Source: Kudoa neothunni
Lineage: Eukaryota; Animalia; Cnidaria
Length of the DNA stretch: 64,000 nucleotides
Assembly (NCBI GenBank): GCA_964304625.1
Contig: OZ199838.1
Span: 13,741,002 to 13,805,001 of the forward strand
Direction: 5' to 3'
How positions within the stretch are numbered: the first letter of the stretch is position 1; every line of letters starts with the position of its first letter. The position numbers and the translations under genes were made by a program. Shown here one piece after another: positions 56,795 through 64,000 of the stretch. The notes beneath the pieces are model-generated. The model worked only from the letters and a program-made list of their open reading frames with translations, was not told where the DNA came from and ran no database searches.

Positions 56795-58797
56795 CAGTAG
56801 TGCAGGGATACCACGCACTTTTTCGGGTCAAACCTTCTAGGTGTGTAGTATTCCTGCAGTACGCAGTATCCATATTCGCGCGAGCATTATGCCAGATGGA
56901 TAATAATGGCGCGCGGTCGTATTCTGGATTTAAAAATTACATTTTCTTTCTTATATTAATAATAACACGCAGATACTCCGACAAAGTTGAATGTTAAACG
57001 AAAAACAACAAATATCGAATAAATAAATACATAATTATTCGAAAATATGTAGATGTTTTTAAATAGTCAGTTATTTTATCATTCTTTTACGAACCGTGCC
57101 TTATTTCACAGACGGAGAAGCTAAATTTTATTTTATTATCTAATACGGTTAAGTCACGAACTAAAATATTTTCTCTTAGTTTACTTAAATGCTCAATGCC
57201 TTCATTAATGGAACAAATGATGCCAGTTTTTTCATAATTTTTATCAATAAGCGATTCGTCCATTGTGCTGATTTTATTATTTATTGAGTTAACATATTTA
57301 TCTTCTGGACATTTAAATGAAGTAATTTCTTCTATATTAACCCAACCTTCAGTTTGATTTTTCTAGGGATTTACTTCCAATCGAAAGGATAATGCCTCCT
57401 GATCCACAATTATGAACAAGAATGATTTTTAAAACAGTCTTTGATTGTTTCTTCACTCATTAATTTCCACACTTCTTTCATTGTGTATATATCTTCAAGT
57501 AAATCTAGAGGATCATTATTTAAATTGTTATCAAAAATACTAATGGAATTAACAGTAACTTTATTTATCAAAGAATTCGTCAGATGATTTTTTTAAATGT
57601 ATTGAAACCAGTTAATAATTCCTTGATCTGATTGTTGCAATACGCCAGTTGTTTCTTGTGGGGGAAAACAGAGCTTCATATTGGAAAAATTTAGCGTGGG
57701 ATGAGCTGGGAAATTTTTACCAAATCATATGATTCTTCTCTTACACTGAGAAGTTTCAGCTTTTATATCATCAGATATTTTCAAAAAATAAAGTCTTCCT
57801 GTTAGTGTAATAAAGAAGTGGGAGGTCTTTTATTTTACGGAAGCATCAAGGTTTTTCATGATTTCGAATTATTAATAAGAGTCTTCTGGCATCGAGTAGA
57901 TCGCAACAATTGTTACTTCCTCTTTGGATTTTTTAGAACCGTGCAAGTTTTCTTCCATCTCAAATGCATAACCATACATTAAATTTCACACAGAGATGTA
58001 AATTTAAATGATATTTTACCTTTTTTTGTTGATGAAATAATCCGGTTTCATTCAAACCAAAAATGTCTTTTGGATCATAATTTCCGATCAACTTTAACAG
58101 TTGATCTTTCTAAGAGGAAATTATTTCAGGAAGAATATTCTTGAATTCACCTATGAATTCATTATTTCCAACCTAACTCTCGTAGGAAATCCTTAAAACC
58201 AGCCTCCACCGGCCTCTACCAACCTTAGCAATTGTTTTTTTTAACTTCATATGAATAATCGTAGACCTTTTTAATTATGTCATCCTGAGAGATTTCGATA
58301 TTACGTGATCTCATTAGCTCAGTCCTATCTTTAACCTTAGAATCTAAAATGTTGAAATTAATTTTTCTCAAGGTTTCCCTACTAAGTTATAGGTCTCCAG
58401 TGTTATAATCTTCCAGAATACTGTTCTTTTTTAATATTATGCTGTTTAAAGAAGATTTCGATTTTAATTCAAATTTCTCAGCGGTTTTAGCTTTTGAGCC
58501 GCTGAATTTTGTTATATCATCATAATAGGTTATTATTTTAACTTTATCATGTAACTATCGATACTTTCTCAGATTTCTTGACTGCGTACTAACCATGTCG
58601 TTGGATTTAATTTGGGGATTTTTAATGCGCAATAAGCATGCAGCCAAATTTTCTCTAACTCTGGGTCATATTTTCAAAAATAATTTTGTTTGATTAAACA
58701 TTTTTAGGTGTTCATTACTATAAATAACAACATTGTGTATTTTTATTAGGAAACATTTCCATAATATCATAAAGTGCGCAATATGCCTGCACTACTG
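56795..58797 (-). mobile_element. pogo/Tigger transposon 2 (heavily decayed)
   Basis: TA|CAGTAGTGCAGGGATACCACGCACTTT ... AAAGTGCGCAATATGCCTGCACTACTG|TA. Remnants YDPKDIFGLNETGLF and ETTGVLQQSDQGII. Confidence 0.85.
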
Positions 58798-59028
58798 TAC
58801 TTATAATTTATAATCTGAAAATTCGGCCATTATTCTGCATTTTATCCCATACTTTTTTTGCAATGGAACCCTTTTATATTATTTGTAATATAATAAAACC
58901 TTTATCTAAATTAACCCAATAAGGATTGTGGAACGAAAATTAATAGGTAAATACTTACTATAACAAAAAAATATTTTATTTTGAACACACTTATTGAATG
59001 GAGAATAGCAAATAGTAAATACATATTA

Positions 59029-60074
59029 TCCTTTATATATATGAAGGAGGACTGTCGGTATGTTTGTGTGTGCCCCTAAGTACACACGTGCGGATAATTT
59101 TTTCCTTATAGAGAGGCATATATGAAATTTTTTAAAAATAGCAATGTTTCAAAAAATCTTTAAATCGTTTTCACACTGTCTAAGGTTTCAAGATGTGTTT
59201 AGAAAATGGTGATTTTGTCGATTCAAAGTTTGTTAAATGGATTACTTGAGTTCGACAATAGGATTAACACGTGCTTATGACCTGCTGATGGTTGGTTGAA
59301 ATTGACTTTCCTCCTTATATTCCCAATCAAATGTTCATTAACTGCTGCTATCTATCTTTATGTATAAGGTTGGAATTTCTGTTTGGGTGTCTGTTTATAT
59401 ACACTCCTTATTTGTGGGGTTTTAACGTATATGACTTGATAAATATATTTTATAAGTTCTATTAATGGTTTTCAATGTGATAAGAAATCTATATACGTTT
59501 CATGAATAACGAATTTGTGTAGAACGTTAAAGTTACATTGATTGAAGCGTTATAATGGAAATACTGCGTTCGTAGGTTTCATTAAATCGTCCGCTAAGTT
59601 TTACTTTACGTGATTAAATTCAGTGCGGATGGTTGTACTTTTATTTCACAAAATTATTTAAATTGTTTATGTTGAAGACGATGTGATTTGTGGCTGTTTA
59701 TGATAAAAAGCGCATGAATGTTTATGCCGAGCTAAACGATGTTAATTTTAGCAATATCGATTAATTTTCGCAAGTTTTCTTCTATCTCTTTTATTTTTTC
59801 TATTTTTTTATCTCTTAAAAAGTTAGTGGTGCACCTAGTTACCGAGCCACGAAATTTTTAAATGGACACAGGGATTGATACTTTCCTTCACAGAAATTAT
59901 CATAATTTAAATTGCATAATCCAAATCTCCAAATCGTTATAGTAAATTGCTTAAAATTTTTTGGTTATTTTGTTTCTATGGGTTGATTCGAGATTTCAAT
60001 ATATTTTTTGAATGCTATTAAAAAACACCTCTAGGCGATATCTTCCCCAAGCAACGCTGGGCAGTTCGCGCCAG
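59029..60074 (+). mobile_element. Non-autonomous Helitron, copy D
   Basis: A|TC start, hairpin CCCAAGCAACGCTGGG followed by CCAG|T. Inserted between A and T with no TSD. Confidence 0.8.
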
Positions 60075-61390
60075 TAATAAATAAAACGATTTAAAACACA
60101 TGGTTAATTGGAATCTATTCTGTGTTTTTTGAACTAGTGCTTTCAGATAGTTAACTTTCAAGTTCAACTATTCCGGTGTCTTCTTTAGATGATGTTGTTG
60201 TACTTATTTTTTTAACCATCGTTCCGTTACAGCGTTTTAAAAATAGTCCAAATAATTTGTTGAATAGAAGAAATAATTGTGTTTACAGCAAAGCAGCACA
60301 ATCTCACTGCAGATGCGTAGCTAACCGATACAATTCAGCTATCACCAGTGTTACTAGCTCTAGCTATCAGTGAAAATCCACTAACATCATAAGATGCGAT
60401 CTATACCGATTTCCAATGTTATGATTAAATGTTGCTTTACATTGTACCTTTGTGAAACCTCTATCGCTGTTTCATGTAACCCACATCGAGAACCGCTGCG
60501 ATAGATCATTTCGTAATTTTAATTAGATATTAATTAGAATTAAAATTGTTTAACAAACACTTTAATAATAGCTTGGCATTGGATACGACCCAATTCAAAT
60601 TCTTTTCCGGAAGTTAAGCATTCAGAATTTCAAACGATTCGTAATAATTCCAAAACGATCCACGGTCATAACGAGAGTGTGGATTGTTTTTATTGATGTA
60701 AAAAATTTAAAATATTAATATTAATTTAAAAGTAACATTCAGAAAGTTTTATTTTCATAAATTCTGCTCATGTTCTTTTTAGCCCGAAATTCTATATTTT
60801 TCAGAATTTAAAAATGAATTATTAAAAAAAATATAACTTTAACTCAACTTGAATAAATTTGTTTCCATCGACATTTTAACTTTAAATAAAGCATCGCGAC
60901 AATAAAAAAACATTAATTTGAAGATTTCTCGTAATGAAATCAACCACGATTACATTTCCATTTTATAGGAATACACGGTATTTTCTAACGTTTGAAACAT
61001 TTCTTTGCGACCAATCAAATAGAAGAATAAAAAGATCATACAAAAGGGAATATCATTAGCAACACGGCCTTTATGTCGCGAAACCTGCCAACAATATTAT
61101 TGTAGAGATCACGCATCAAAAGTTTGTTTTAATCATTCAATATAAATTATTAATTTAATTCTATATTATATTTTGTTTATTTGTCCATTTATCTTTCCCA
61201 AAAATATACACTTCATTCACCGGCCGAGTTTAGGAAAACTTACGATTAGTTGACGAAACCACCCGATAAGATTATAATGAGATTAGTTGTGCCAAAATTC
61301 CTTAGAACTTTTTCTATCATTTTATATTAATCCTTTAAATAAATTTATCTCAAGAATCCTATTTTTAAATATACCCCGAAGCCGTTAGAG

Positions 61391-61610
61391 CAGTGGTTTT
61401 CAACTGGTGATCCGTGGATCCGCGGATCCGCAGCACAGACAAAAGATAGAAGCTAATATTTGATATCTATTCACAAATGCCTATTGTCATTGGCGATGTT
61501 GAATAAATTAAAAAAATTATATTTTGGTTTTTCGAAAATAAATGCATCCAAATTGTTATAATCTTGCATTTTATTTTCGTACATTATCTAAAATATATAT
61601 GGAGACCGCT
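61391..61610. mobile_element. Partial copy of the hAT MITE at 23182
   Basis: CAGTGGTTTTCAACTGGTGATCCG..GGATCCGCAGCAC.GAC..ATAGAA.CTAA is colinear with 23182-23460. Confidence 0.65.
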
Positions 61611-61988
61611 ATTCCAAATAGGTTACAGATCATTGCGTTAAAGTTAAGTTTTCCTCCTCCGCTGGGGAATTCAAATGAAAATAACATGTGTGCTAAATGA
61701 ATTAGAACCGTAAGTCTCAATAGATCTCTGGCTTAGGTAGATTGTTATTACTATTGACATAACACAATAAGAAGGGTTAACATAAAAACTTATGTTTCAA
61801 ATTTAAATCGCAAAATCTTGGCATAACTGAGTTTTTACAGCTGCCATAGAAAATCGAAAAATTGAAAAGATGAAAAAGAAATAACACCTCTTTTGTGCAT
61901 TATATTTAAAATATAAAATCGAATAAACAGGTGAGTTTGGCAAAGACAAACTATTGGTTATGTTGGGTTGGAAAATATATTTTGAAGT

Positions 61989-62520
61989 TTAGCCAAGTGA
62001 GATATCAGACGTGTCTTTTTTTAAATCTTCAGGTCGTTTGCGTAATAATCCAAGATTGTATTTCCACTTTCTTTTCCATAATCTAATGCGTTCTCTTCGG
62101 TCTAATCGTTGCTTCATTTTTTCAATGTGATTCAATCGCCGCGACTCCCTGTTTTCGTACATCCTTATAATTTTTTCGTGCTGGTATTTGATTAAATTTC
62201 TCCAAGTGAATTTTTCCAATGAGAGTTCTCGTTTTAGGTAAGCTGCTTTGTCTTCGAACGACTCAGTTCCAACCATCAATATCATTACCACAGCTGTGAC
62301 AGCGTAGACTACCACTTTTCTACACATGCCCATTAAATATCTCAATGTTTCGTCTCTTGTCGAATAATGAGTGCTTGTATCCTCATCACTAAGGAGAAAA
62401 TCGATGAATAACGTCATCATCCATAACAACTGATTACAGTGTTAAATTAGGATCGTGCCGTATTGTTGTTTTATTTTGTTGAGAAAAATAGTCATCAGTT
62501 ACCGTTGTCGATGAAACGGC
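61989..62520 (-). CDS. Hypothetical protein (3' exons; hydrophobic segment then basic coiled coil)
   Basis: 146-aa open frame with plausible upstream GT-AG introns. No family recognised and the start was not resolved. Confidence 0.45.
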
Positions 62521-63486
62521 CTGCAAGCCAACATTACACAAAATCACATGATCAATAAATCACTCTGTAAGATGTGCCAAATTTGGTTTCCGGTCGAAAC
62601 CTAATCCATATTTTATGATGTTTAATGAGATGACGTCCCAAAAAGTTTTCAGGACGGCAAGCTACCCGAATGTTCATCCTTTGTTGCGCAAGCGTTTGTT
62701 TTGAGATTTAAATTTGAACCGTCGCGTGATTGGGCTTTCACGATGGTTTTCTATTCGGATCATTTATTATGCACTTTTGGATGGTTTCTTATTTTTGACT
62801 ATCAAGTGATAGTTGTAAGGTCGTAAGATTATAGTTGTCTTTTTTATTCTTCCTCAAGATCTCTGCTTTTTTATTAAAATGTATAATTTAATTTATATCT
62901 CGTTTGAGAGTGTTTCCTATGCCACCGGTTGTAGAAGAATAGTCATATAAGCTACTTACTAAATAAACCACTTTATTGATTATTAATGATGTCGATTGTC
63001 GTAAGTTTCACACCAGTATAACTGAGTAGCTATTGACCTCTTAGCACAAGCCAATGGTGGATGAACTGTATGTTGTATTTTATAAAGATAAAATTAATCA
63101 TAGAAATGTCCTGAGAAATGAGATTTTCTTGTAAACTAACGATTTGGTTTAATTGTATAATTTAAAAGAAAAAAATATCAACTGTAGTTTAATTAAATTC
63201 ATTGCTTGACCTTATGGGTGATTATGCAGGAAGGGATCAACAGAAGATTCACGATGACGGTTAGTGTTTAAAGCGTCAGAGTTTCATAGTAAAAGTTAAT
63301 TTATCAGTGTTTTAGATGACGTAATTTGAATTGCATGCCCGACTATAACAAATGTAGTGTCTGTACAAAAAACAACCATCAATTTCATTTAATATGGTCG
63401 GCATGATAGGGTTAACACGCCCTATTATTTGGATTTCCGAACGAGGTATTTACATGAGAAAAAGGAGATTGACAAGCGGATGAAGA

Positions 63487-63765
63487 ATGAAAAAAGATAA
63501 AACAACATCACTTTCGAAAATTGGAAATTTCCTTCGAAAATGCAACGAACAGGAACCCGAAAAATTACCTCAAATTGAATGGTCACTATTTATGAGCACT
63601 CTGATGATGGTTAGCAGCTGTTTTGGGGTAGGGATTGTGACCGTGCCCTATCTCTATAAACTGTGTGATGAGTGGTACACAGCGTTGGGAATACAATCTG
63701 TATATTGTTTTCCGCATGTTAGATATATAATATATTCAACCTTTGAAATTATTACGTTAATTTGA
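63487..63765 (+). CDS. 5' part of an amino-acid transporter (Aa_trans / SLC36/38-like)
   Basis: WSLFMSTLMMVSSCFGVGIVTVPYLYKLC matches TM1 G.GI...P. It probably splices onward beyond the window. Confidence 0.55.
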   Translation: MKKDKTTSLSKIGNFLRKCNEQEPEKLPQIEWSLFMSTLMMVSSCFGVGIVTVPYLYKLCDEWYTALGIQSVYCFPHVRYIIYSTFEIITLI

Positions 63766-64000
63766 ATTGTAACACAATAAGAACTGTTTATTAATAAATA
63801 AATAAATTTTATTTCATTAAGTATATCGACAACTAATTAGCACCTAAAATACAGCACTTTGATCTAAAACATAATTCATGACCTGATTTAAATAATAAAC
63901 GATCATATTATATTTACAGGGAATATTTTGTCTTAACTTTATAAGTGGGCCCTATATCAATATTTATAGGGAAAAATACTATTGATTAATCACAAAGGCA

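Overview
AT-rich eukaryotic (animal-like) genomic DNA, not prokaryotic. Genes are split by very short GT-AG introns (mostly about 37-70 nt) and sit in small islands between blocks of mostly decayed DNA transposons. This resembles a reduced parasitic metazoan such as a myxozoan or orthonectid, but the taxon is an inference only. Host genes reconstructed by hand-splicing are a secreted five-Kunitz-domain protein, VPS4, ALKBH8 head-to-head with NOP10 (absent from the ORF track), TMEM70, PRELID3/Slowmo, GPR89, a PP2A B56 subunit, an indel-riddled USP8-like deubiquitinase, one hypothetical gene and the 5' end of an amino-acid transporter. Mobile elements include four non-autonomous Helitrons, an apparently intact intron-containing MULE with ~145-bp TIRs and a perfect 9-bp TSD, a decayed sister MULE, and piggyBac, pogo/Tigger, Merlin, hAT and possible Penelope relics and MITEs. 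The most notable items are the penta-Kunitz protein with only one canonical domain, the intact spliced MULE, the ALKBH8/NOP10 pair separated by 72 bp, and the USP gene with intact catalytic motifs but serial 1-nt frameshifts. No CRISPR array, rRNA or tRNA was recognised.
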